Shown here piece after piece: positions 51,771 to 58,739 of a stretch of DNA of 64,000 nt (within the stretch, counting starts at the first letter, position 1; every line of letters starts with the position of its first letter). Where the stretch lies: positions 2,201-66,200 of the forward strand of contig DYGC01000002.1 in NCBI GenBank assembly GCA_020724925.1, read 5' to 3'. A model generated the notes under the pieces. The model ran no database searches and was not told the origin of the DNA. It was given only the letters and a program-made list of their open reading frames with translations. Source of the stretch: Candidatus Paceibacter sp. (lineage in GTDB: Bacteria > Patescibacteriota > Patescibacteriia > DYGC01). The position numbers were made by a program, and so were the translations under genes.

Positions 51771-51860
51771 ATACCGTGAATTTGCTCGTTTTTTCACCCA
51801 AATTCACGGTATTTTGATGTTTTGGCGTGAATTTTTCCAATTTTCTGCTATAATTCACCT
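51771..51860 (+). promoter_or_regulatory. operator-like inverted repeats overlapping a TGCTATAAT promoter
   Basis: Perfect 14-bp inverted repeat ATACCGTGAATTTG (51771-51784) / CAAATTCACGGTAT (51799-51812). A second pair of the same half-site, GTGAATT (51827-51833) / AATTCAC (51853-51859), brackets TGCTATAAT (51846-51854). Confidence 0.6.
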
Positions 51861-51885
51861 GAGCTTATCATTAACCCCAACCCCT

Positions 51886-52614
51886 ATGTCCCGCTCTAAA
51901 CTTTACACGCCCGGTCAAAGTGAGCCTTTCAAACTCAGTCGCAGTAAACTGGAATTGTTTGTCCAATGTCCGCGTTGTTTTTATTTGGATCGGCGTTTGG
52001 GTGTCGGGCGCGTGTCCGGTCCGGCTTTCACTTTGAACAGTGCCGTTGATCATCTTTTGAAAAAAGAATTTGATATTCATCGCGTTGCGAAAACTCGTCA
52101 TCCTTTATTGGAGCAATACGGGATTGATGCTTGGCCGGTGGCCCATCCGGATCTGGATGTTTGGCGCGAAAATTTTACAGGTTTGCAATATGTGCATACT
52201 GAGACCAACTTATTGATTTTCGGCGCGATTGATGACTTGTGGATAAATCCGGCCGGTGAATATATTGTCGTGGATTATAAAGCAACTTCCAAACAAGGAC
52301 GGATTTTATCTTTGGATGATAGTTCTTGGCAGGCCGGTTATCGTCGGCAAATGGAGATTTACCAGTGGATTTTGCGGAATAATGGTTATTCGGTTTCATC
52401 CACCGGTTATTTTGTTTATTGCAATGGTCAAAAAGATCGCGAAGCCTTTGATGGTAAATTGGAATTTGAGGTCACGGTTTTCCCTTACGACGGCGATGAT
52501 TCCTGGGTGGAGCAGTGCGTCCGCGACGCCCACGCTTGTCTCAATTTAACAACGCCCCCGCCCGCCGCCCCGGAATGTGAGCATTGTGAGTATGTGAGGC
52601 GGGCGTCGGTTTAG
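51886..52614 (+). CDS. PD-(D/E)xK nuclease family protein, Cas4/RecB-like with Cys cluster
   Basis: SRSKLELFVQCPRCFYLDR (N-terminal Cys), FGAIDDLWINPAGEYIVVDYKAT (D...D-x-K core), QMEIYQWIL, C-terminal C...ECEHCEY. The ATG at 51886 follows the promoter; the track start 51814 lies upstream of the -10. Confidence 0.75.
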   Translation: MSRSKLYTPGQSEPFKLSRSKLELFVQCPRCFYLDRRLGVGRVSGPAFTLNSAVDHLLKKEFDIHRVAKTRHPLLEQYGIDAWPVAHPDLDVWRENFTGLQYVHTETNLLIFGAIDDLWINPAGEYIVVDYKATSKQGRILSLDDSSWQAGYRRQMEIYQWILRNNGYSVSSTGYFVYCNGQKDREAFDGKLEFEVTVFPYDGDDSWVEQCVRDAHACLNLTTPPPAAPECEHCEYVRRASV

Positions 52615-52617
52615 GTG

Positions 52618-52672
52618 CCTGTGGATAACTCGCGAAAAGTTTATGCTAGATTTATGGTCAGTGTGCTATAAT
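52618..52672 (+). promoter_or_regulatory. 55-nt promoter module with DnaA-box-like 9-mer (copy 3 of 3)
   Basis: CCTGTGGATAACTCGCGAAAAGTTTATG...TGCTATAAT. TGTGGATAA at 52620-52628. 46 nt to TGCTATAAT (52664). Confidence 0.65.
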
Positions 52673-52890
52673 TGTTTTGAACTTTGATTCGTCTGTGAGT
52701 CCTTCCGCGAGAGCGCTTTAGCGCGAAGCGGTTGTAGGGATAGACTATGATTTTAGTGTCACAGTCCATCAGTTTTTTCAGTGTAATCCCGGTTCAAGAC
52801 TTTTATTGTCCAAAAACCTAACACCACCTTGTTTGACTTTCAGACATTGTTTTGTTACAATTTTTGTACTTAAATCTTATTCCCAAAGTT

Positions 52891-53574
52891 ATGCGTCAAC
52901 CATATTTTCAATTGATTAAAGAATTGCGCTTGCAAAAAAATCTTTCCCAAGCGGAAATCGCCAAGCGAATTGGTGTTTCTCGTCAAGCTTATTTAAGCTT
53001 TGAACAAGGAAAAACCGAATTTAATTTATCGGAAATGATTAAAATCGCGGATATTTTGGGAATTTCCCTGGATGAAATCAAGCACGGCGTCAAGCCGGAC
53101 TATGCCAAATACAAACAAATGATTTTAGCTTTTTTGCGCAGTAATCCGAACGTTAAAATCACTAAAACGAAATTGGCGAAATTGTTGTATTTGGCTGATT
53201 TCGCCTGGTTTTATAATAATTTGCAAAGCATGAGCGGCATGGCTTATCGTAAAATTCAATACGGACCGGTGCCGGATAGCTATTTTCGTGCTTTGGATGA
53301 ACTTTTTGAAGCCGGTTCCATTGACATTGATAACACCAGTCGGGATGGTGTTTTTTTAATTTCCGAAACCGTGACCGGTGCTCGGGAAAAACTTACGTCC
53401 TTAAATGAAAGTGAATATTCTTTGATCAAAAAAATCGCCAAGAAATGGCACAATAAACGGACGCAGGAAATCGTAAAATTCACTCATGATCAATTGCCTT
53501 ATTCTTTGTGTGATGAGAATGAAATCATTCCGTATAGTTTAATCACTCAGGAAGATCCGGAAAATGTCTATTAA
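52891..53574 (+). CDS. XRE-family HTH fused to Panacea (DUF4065, SocA-like) domain: PanA-type antitoxin candidate
   Basis: HTH LSQAEIAKRIGVSRQAYLSFEQG, then LAKLLYLADFAWFY...YRKIQYGPVPDSY, characteristic of DUF4065. ATG at 52891; the track TTG at 52852 is less likely. Confidence 0.78.
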   Translation: MRQPYFQLIKELRLQKNLSQAEIAKRIGVSRQAYLSFEQGKTEFNLSEMIKIADILGISLDEIKHGVKPDYAKYKQMILAFLRSNPNVKITKTKLAKLLYLADFAWFYNNLQSMSGMAYRKIQYGPVPDSYFRALDELFEAGSIDIDNTSRDGVFLISETVTGAREKLTSLNESEYSLIKKIAKKWHNKRTQEIVKFTHDQLPYSLCDENEIIPYSLITQEDPENVY

Positions 53575-53959
53575 ACATTCGGTTAGTCTGGAAACCTTTG
53601 CCGAGCGGCATTACTCGAAAAGTTTTGCGAAAAAATATGGCCGGGCTTGGGATATAACCATTGAGGCGGTTTTGTGGGAGCTGCAAGATTTTGATTTGTT
53701 GTTAACTCGTTCAATCGCCGAGATTATTATCGCGAAAGATAAGATTAAAATTTGCAAAGTGGAATTTAAAGTCGCCGGCACGCCGTATTCGCGCCACGCT
53801 TCCGGAAATCGTTGTATCGTGGCTTGGCATCAAGATTGCGCTTTGGTAAAAATTTTATTGATTTATCATAAAAATGATTTATCGTCCAAAAACGAAACCG
53901 CCGCTTGGAAAAATTTGATTAAAGAAAATTATTTGGAATACCGCGATTTGATAAAGTGA
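53564..53959 (+). CDS. candidate toxin partner, RelE/HigB(Gp49)-like C-terminal pattern (tentative)
   Basis: Overlaps the antitoxin gene by 11 nt (ATG inside ...GAAAATGTCTATTAA). KVEFKVAGTPYSRHASGNRCIVAWHQDCALVKILLIYHKNDLSSKNETAAWKNLIKE resembles the beta-sheet core plus the ...ILL.YHK... tail of RelE-superfamily toxins. Confidence 0.5.
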   Translation: MSIKHSVSLETFAERHYSKSFAKKYGRAWDITIEAVLWELQDFDLLLTRSIAEIIIAKDKIKICKVEFKVAGTPYSRHASGNRCIVAWHQDCALVKILLIYHKNDLSSKNETAAWKNLIKENYLEYRDLIK

Positions 53960-54136
53960 TTGTTTATATCGAGCTTTTTTTAATAAAAAAAGAGGATGAG
54001 CAGCCCATCCTCGGAAAGGGGAATTTGCGGGAATCCGCGGAAAAACTCGTTAAGCTGCTATCCTGAGGCTGGATTTAACGAGTGAGAAAAGTGAGTGGAT
54101 GTTTTAATCATATCGAGTGCTAGTGATTTGTCAATT

Positions 54137-54175
54137 AAAAAAACCACGTGACCGATTGGCCACGTGGTTTTTTAT
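54137..54175. terminator. bidirectional hairpin terminator
   Basis: AAAAAAA-CCACGTGACC-GATT-GGCCACGTGG-TTTTTT between convergent genes (53959 + and 54185 -). Confidence 0.7.
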
Positions 54176-54184
54176 TTGTGAAAT

Positions 54185-54391
54185 TTATTTTCTGGCAAAT
54201 TTTGGTAACATTAACAACATGTAAATGGCGGATAAACCAACCAAGCCATAAACGATGCGAGCGATTAAGCTCATTGGGCCAAATAGATAAGCGACTAAGT
54301 CAAATTCCAAGCCGCCAACTAAGCCCCAATTTAAACCACCAATTGACAATAAGATGATGGCAATCCAATCTGCCGCATTTAAAGTTTTCAT
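54185..54391 (-). CDS. DUF378 domain membrane protein
   Basis: IAIILLSIGGLNWGLVGGLEFDLVAYLFGPMSLIARIVYGLVGLSAIY is the DUF378 signature (GxLNWGLVG...DLV). 68 aa. Confidence 0.78.
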   Translation of the reverse strand: MKTLNAADWIAIILLSIGGLNWGLVGGLEFDLVAYLFGPMSLIARIVYGLVGLSAIYMLLMLPKFARK

Positions 54392-54555
54392 AGTTTTTCT
54401 TTTTACTTTTAAAAGTGGTCAAATGACCGATATTAAAATTATATCATAAAAACTATTTTTTGAATAGATTTAGAGAAAAAACTTTTGGGTGTTATTTAAA
54501 AATTTTAATTTATTTGTTATAATATTTTGGTAAATAAAAAAATAATTTAAATTGT

Positions 54556-54990
54556 ATGGAGAACATGCAAAATGCTCCGGTAACCATGGACAAGCCCAAA
54601 ATGGCTACTTGGAAGAAAGTGTTGATTGGGATTGTGGTTTTTGTTGTCGGCGTAATCGCTTTGGCAATGTGGGCGACTTCTGGTATCGTCAAAGTAGCGG
54701 AAGAGCAATTGTCTTTGATTAAATCCGGTGATATCAACGGTGCTTATGCTTTGACATCCGGAACCTTTAAGCAAGCGACTAGTTTGGAAGTGTTCACGGA
54801 TTTTGTGAATGCTTATCCGGTTTTATCTAAAAACGCATCTGTTAGTTTTACGGAAAGACAAGTGGAAGGCGTGCAAGGCTATTTGTATGGTACGATTACC
54901 GCCGAAGATGGCACGACGATGATTATTGAATATGAGTTAATTAAAGAAAATGATGCATGGCGTGTTGTAGGTATCAATTTGACCCCGTAA
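54556..54990 (+). CDS. membrane-anchored DUF4864-like protein
   Basis: N-terminal TM (VLIGIVVFVVGVIALAMW), then VAEEQLSLIKSGDINGAYALTSGTFKQATSLEVFTDFVNAYPVL, the DUF4864 / SnoaL-like pattern. Confidence 0.55.
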   Translation: MENMQNAPVTMDKPKMATWKKVLIGIVVFVVGVIALAMWATSGIVKVAEEQLSLIKSGDINGAYALTSGTFKQATSLEVFTDFVNAYPVLSKNASVSFTERQVEGVQGYLYGTITAEDGTTMIIEYELIKENDAWRVVGINLTP

Positions 54991-55140
54991 AAATGCCTAT
55001 TGTGTTTTAAAAATCTCTATGTTATATTTAATCCGCAAGTGTTTACTTTTGATTGTCCTTACACAAATAAATCAGTGTAAGTTAGAGAGAAAGTCAAAGT
55101 GGTCGCCTTGCGTTTAATATTTATTTGTGTGAGTACAACT

Positions 55141-55479
55141 ATGGCTAAGAAGTTATATGTTGGCAATTTGCCTTACTCTACCAACGATGCGTCATTGAAA
55201 GAAATGTTCGCTGAAGCTGGTACAGTGGAAACTGCCACCATTATCATCGACAAAATGTCCGGTCGTTCCAAAGGTTTCGGTTTCGTGGAAATGTCCACTG
55301 AAGAAGAAGCCCAAAATGCGATCAGCATGTTCAATGGTAAGGAAATTGAAGGCCGCAAGATCGTTGTTAACGAAGCTCGCCCGATGGAAGATCGTCCTCG
55401 TACCGGGGGTGGTTACAATCGTGGTGGTTCTCGTGGCGGTTTTGGTGGCAATCGTCAATCTAACAATCAAGATTGGTAA
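55141..55479 (+). CDS. RNA-binding protein with RRM domain and Gly/Arg-rich tail
   Basis: RNP2 KLYVGNLPY and RNP1 KGFGFVEM. C-terminal RTGGGYNRGGSRGGFGGNR. ATG at 55141; track GTG at 55099 is unlikely. Confidence 0.9.
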   Translation: MAKKLYVGNLPYSTNDASLKEMFAEAGTVETATIIIDKMSGRSKGFGFVEMSTEEEAQNAISMFNGKEIEGRKIVVNEARPMEDRPRTGGGYNRGGSRGGFGGNRQSNNQDW

Positions 55480-55482
55480 AAT

Positions 55483-55526
55483 AAAAGAATCCCCCCTTTG
55501 GTTATTGACCGAGGGGGGATTTTTTG
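55483..55526 (+). terminator. Rho-independent terminator
   Basis: AATCCCCCCT (55488-55497) pairs with AGGGGGGATT (55512-55521), followed by T-run. Confidence 0.75.
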
Positions 55527-55567
55527 TTATATTAAAAATCGTTTTTTCAAACGAAAGGTAGGCGTAT

Positions 55568-55948
55568 ATGCAAAAAAAACAGGTTTTAGTTTTGGAGTCG
55601 GATTCTTTTTTGTTGAATGTTTTGGTAAAGTTGTTTGAGGCCAATGGTTTTGCGAGTCGCGGTTCGCAAAATATTGGAGCCGTTGATTTCATGGATGTTG
55701 ATTTTGTACCCAAGATTTACTTCTTGGATTTGTCAGTAATGGGGGACATGTCTGTGGATTGGGTTCAATATATCCGAAAAACGTATTCGGATTCGCTCTG
55801 CATTGTAACCTATGTTGCAAACGGGCCGGAATTAGTGGACTTGGCCAGTTTGCAAAACATTTTTCCCGAAGACAAAAATTGTGTCTTTGTGGAAAAACCA
55901 TTTGATTTTGGAGAATTAAAAACCATCATTCAGGGGGGGGCTCTCTAA
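55568..55948 (+). CDS. stand-alone response-regulator receiver (CheY-like) domain protein
   Basis: VLVLESDSF (acidic pocket), IYFLDLSVMG (phospho-acceptor Asp position), CIVTYVANG (Thr/Ser position), VFVEKPFDFGEL (Lys-Pro-Phe). 126 aa, no output domain. Confidence 0.65.
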   Translation: MQKKQVLVLESDSFLLNVLVKLFEANGFASRGSQNIGAVDFMDVDFVPKIYFLDLSVMGDMSVDWVQYIRKTYSDSLCIVTYVANGPELVDLASLQNIFPEDKNCVFVEKPFDFGELKTIIQGGAL

Positions 55949-56049
55949 AGTGATTATTTTCTTTTGACCGGTATTCTTATCGGTTTTTTTTATTTTTATA
56001 ATTTATAAAAATGTGCTAAAATAAAAAAAATAAATCGGAAAAATTTTTT

Positions 56050-56313
56050 ATGCAAAAAATTGGTGTTTTTGAAAAAGTGCCCCGTGGGGCAATGGTGGGA
56101 AGTGACTTGACCAACAGTGAACAAAATTTTGCTAATTTGTATGCTCAGGTGCGTGAATTGGCTGGCGATGAAGTTCCTTTAGATATTTTGGATAGATTTA
56201 AACAAAAATGGCAACATGCATCTTCAATGGTTGCGGATTTGAAAAAGCAATTAAAAGAAGTTGCTGTTGGATTTGAATTTGCATTTGAAAAATTTTGGAG
56301 CATTCAAACATAA
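56050..56313 (+). CDS. hypothetical protein
   Basis: 87-aa ORF, helical. No motif recognised. Confidence 0.45.
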   Translation: MQKIGVFEKVPRGAMVGSDLTNSEQNFANLYAQVRELAGDEVPLDILDRFKQKWQHASSMVADLKKQLKEVAVGFEFAFEKFWSIQT

Positions 56314-56331
56314 AAAATAAAAAATATATTT

Positions 56332-57060
56332 ATGCACTCGGCACATAAAGGATTTCTCTCGGCAAAATTATTATTTGTTTTAGTTTTGGCCTTGGGGGTG
56401 ATGGGATTATTGTTGTATTTGTCTCGTAGTACCACGTTCACTACCGTGGAAGTTAATTTAAGTCATTCACAACAAATTCGTTCGGAGAATTTGAAAGAGG
56501 CCGGTGCTTTGGAAAGAAAAGAATTGGTTGATGGTCGTAATGTAATTAATGTTTTTGATTTATCTGCTCAGCAAAATATCAAAGCCGATACTTGCGCTGA
56601 AAAATTTTTAGCCGATTTGCCTAGTGAAACTCGTTATTATGAAAACCGGGCCGCTAAGATGAGTTTTGAATTTCCTTATAATCCCAAGTGGGGGAATAGT
56701 AATTATTATATTTATCCGTTTGATGAAAAAGACAATGTTGTTTATTTTGGTCCGATTTTTAATAAAAATTGTTTTTGGCAACGTGCTTATAAATTGCAAA
56801 TCCATCCTCGTCGCTCAGTTTCGGATTTGTTCTCTGAAGTGGCTGAAAAATATCCGAATGAGATTCCGGATATCATTAAAATAAAAAATAAGGAAGTTTT
56901 AACTTATACTGCTTTGGATAATAACAGTTGCGAATACCCGGTTTATTATTTGCTTGGACCGGATTTTGATTATGAGTTTAGCACCATTTGTTCCGGTAAT
57001 TTGGAAAATGATCAGGCGTTTTTAGGACAAATTATTGAGACGATTAAGTATTTACCATAA
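56332..57060 (+). CDS. membrane-anchored hypothetical protein
   Basis: N-terminal TM (LLFVLVLALGVMGLLLYL). No motif recognised. Confidence 0.55.
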   Translation: MHSAHKGFLSAKLLFVLVLALGVMGLLLYLSRSTTFTTVEVNLSHSQQIRSENLKEAGALERKELVDGRNVINVFDLSAQQNIKADTCAEKFLADLPSETRYYENRAAKMSFEFPYNPKWGNSNYYIYPFDEKDNVVYFGPIFNKNCFWQRAYKLQIHPRRSVSDLFSEVAEKYPNEIPDIIKIKNKEVLTYTALDNNSCEYPVYYLLGPDFDYEFSTICSGNLENDQAFLGQIIETIKYLP

Positions 57061-57091
57061 AATATAGCTAATATAAGACTTATTTTAAAGG

Positions 57092-57120
57092 TTGACATTT
57101 TTTTAATCTAGTGTTAACGT
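57092..57120 (+). promoter_or_regulatory. promoter candidate for the 57.1-57.5 kb structured RNA
   Basis: TTGACA (57092-57097), 17-nt spacer ending TGT, TAACGT (57115-57120; keeps T1, A2, T6). The -10 lies within the short inverted repeat GTTAA-CGTA-TTAAC. Confidence 0.5.
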
Positions 57121-57126
57121 ATTAAC

Positions 57127-57522
57127 ACACAAGAAGCCAGGTTGTGCGAGCCGCAACCTGTTTTCGGTCAGCTCGGGGTTTTAGGCTCAGAATACGGTTC
57201 ATGAGTTTCCCTCTCCAATGGTTTTCTTCTCCTCCCCCGAGCTGACCACTTTCTTCTTTAAAAATTGTTCCGGGTTAAGGTCAACCGATTGACGCCGGTG
57301 GTTTTCGTACCATCTGCCAAAGACTGCCCGTGATTCCATCGGTTGACCTCCTTTCTCAACAAGCGTCTAGCAGCAATGCTAGGCGTTGGTCTTGGGGCAA
57401 AGTAATGAACCTCGGTTTGAGCTAGTGACAACGTCGCGACACAAGGTATCCTCCTTTCTTGGTTACAGCGTATGTGTGTCAACTAGCTCACTCAGAGATC
57501 ATTACCTTGCCCCTTTTTTTTT
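57127..57522 (+). ncRNA. candidate ~400-nt highly structured RNA, class unknown
   Basis: Long helices: 57165-57178/57235-57247 (13 bp perfect); 57278-57289/57338-57349 (12 bp perfect); 57364-57372/57377-57385 closed by a GCAA (GNRA) tetraloop with one G-U valid only on +; 57418-57430/57477-57490 (13 bp, one bulge); 57394-57407/57500-57513 (13 of 14), followed by T9 (57514-57522). No convincing long ORF. Confidence 0.45.
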
Positions 57523-57525
57523 AAC

Positions 57526-57552
57526 AAAAAAAAACTAGCAATTGCTTGCTAG
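57526..57552 (-). terminator. terminator hairpin overlapping the stop codon of the 175-aa gene
   Basis: On the minus strand CTAGCAA-GCAA-TTGCTAG followed by T9. The TAG stop (57549-57551) lies inside the stem. A weaker copy of the same sequence sits at 58148-58164 for the upstream paralog. Confidence 0.65.
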
Positions 57553-58076
57553 CGATGGATACTCAGTCCGAACATGTGCTCATAGAGAGCATCATAGACC
57601 TTGGCCGGTAAACGTTCATTGCTGCTGACACCAATGACGCCCGGCAGATCTTCTCGGAAAATGGTGGTCACCTTTTTTTCTTTTCTGATTTTATCTTTGT
57701 TCAGCAAGAACAAAGCTTGATCAGGTCGGTGAATCATGATGAATTCGAGCCAGTTTTCCAGGGCTCGAATGCTTCTTGCCAGGTCCGAGCGTTTCTTTTC
57801 ATCCGTCTGATTTTTGAAGGACTCTTCAAGAATCAGCAGATAATAAATGACGCTCAGGTGGTCCAGGGTGATTTCCGGGGCGATGCTGATGAAGGTCAGC
57901 AGGGGACCGGAGCAGACAAACACGAATTGGGCACGGGGAAAGTTAGGAATTAACCAGTATTTCTGGCTTTCCACCGTCATTTCGTGAATGACCAGTTCAT
58001 CAATTATCGGATGGCACTGATGGTATTTTTGAATCAATACCATTAGTGCCTTTTCATCAAATTGTAATTTGATCAT
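57549..58076 (-). CDS. hypothetical protein, paralog A
   Basis: 175 aa. RBS AAAGGAGGAAAACCC before the ATG. Shares QKYWLIPNFP and LSVIYYLLILEE blocks with the next gene (KEYWLIPYFP, LSVIYLLARHE). Confidence 0.65.
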   Translation of the reverse strand: MIKLQFDEKALMVLIQKYHQCHPIIDELVIHEMTVESQKYWLIPNFPRAQFVFVCSGPLLTFISIAPEITLDHLSVIYYLLILEESFKNQTDEKKRSDLARSIRALENWLEFIMIHRPDQALFLLNKDKIRKEKKVTTIFREDLPGVIGVSSNERLPAKVYDALYEHMFGLSIHR

Positions 58077-58160
58077 GGGTTTTCCTCCTTTGAATTTAGT
58101 TTGCTTAAAAAGTTTGAAATTGTCAAATATTTTTATTAATAAAAAACCAGCAATTGCTTG

Positions 58161-58739
58161 CTAGTCTGATTTTACCGGTGGCTTGTTTTTGTTTTTTTCC
58201 AGCCACATAATCATCAGGAAATCAGCACATTTATCCCAAACTTTTTGAGGTGGATCCTTGTCCGTGTGCAGAACGTGAAGTTTGGGGATAAACGGAAATC
58301 CGGAGATGTTCGCGGGGAAGCGCTTTAGAATTTGTTTGTTGAGCCAGGTGAACTTTTTCCGTAGGGGATGTTTGTTCAACTTGGCTTTGGCCCAATTTTT
58401 CAGCTTTTGGCTACTAAGTTGGTATTTTTCACGCGCTTGAAGGCTTTGGGCGGTTTTGGCCAAAGTTTCGTGACGTGCTAACAAATAAATTACAGAGAGA
58501 CAATCTAAAGCATTTTTTGTGTCATCTTTGACCAGGTACAGGGCCTCGGGCCCAATCAGGTAAAGATAATTTTCAAAGGGGAAATAAGGAATTAACCAGT
58601 ATTCCTTATCATCCATGAAAAATTTGTGAATGATTAGTTCTTTTCTGGTAAAAAAGGCATTGCTAAGGAATAGTTGTTGTGAAGACACAAACAACGATTC
58701 CCATCCAAATTTCAGAAGGGTTAGGTCATTTGTGTTCAT
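58161..58739 (-). CDS. hypothetical protein, paralog B
   Basis: ATG at 58739 (MNTNDLTLLKFG) is preferred: the track start 58808 lies upstream of the TTGACAATTCC...TTTTAAGCAAACTAAA promoter/leader block that is conserved with paralog A. Confidence 0.6.
   Translation of the reverse strand: MNTNDLTLLKFGWESLFVSSQQLFLSNAFFTRKELIIHKFFMDDKEYWLIPYFPFENYLYLIGPEALYLVKDDTKNALDCLSVIYLLARHETLAKTAQSLQAREKYQLSSQKLKNWAKAKLNKHPLRKKFTWLNKQILKRFPANISGFPFIPKLHVLHTDKDPPQKVWDKCADFLMIMWLEKNKNKPPVKSD

Noticed and set aside
55192-55713. 173-aa ORF on the minus strand
   Set aside because: It is antisense to the RRM RNA-binding protein gene, runs through its terminator hairpin, and runs into the start of the receiver-domain gene. 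It has no RBS and no motif.
57258-57482. 74-aa minus-strand ORF inside the 57.1-57.5 kb structured region
   Set aside because: It has no RBS at its start and its composition is dictated by the helices. The only ORF with a proper SD is a different 46-codon frame (57199-57339), mentioned as an alternative in the corresponding finding but not called as a gene.
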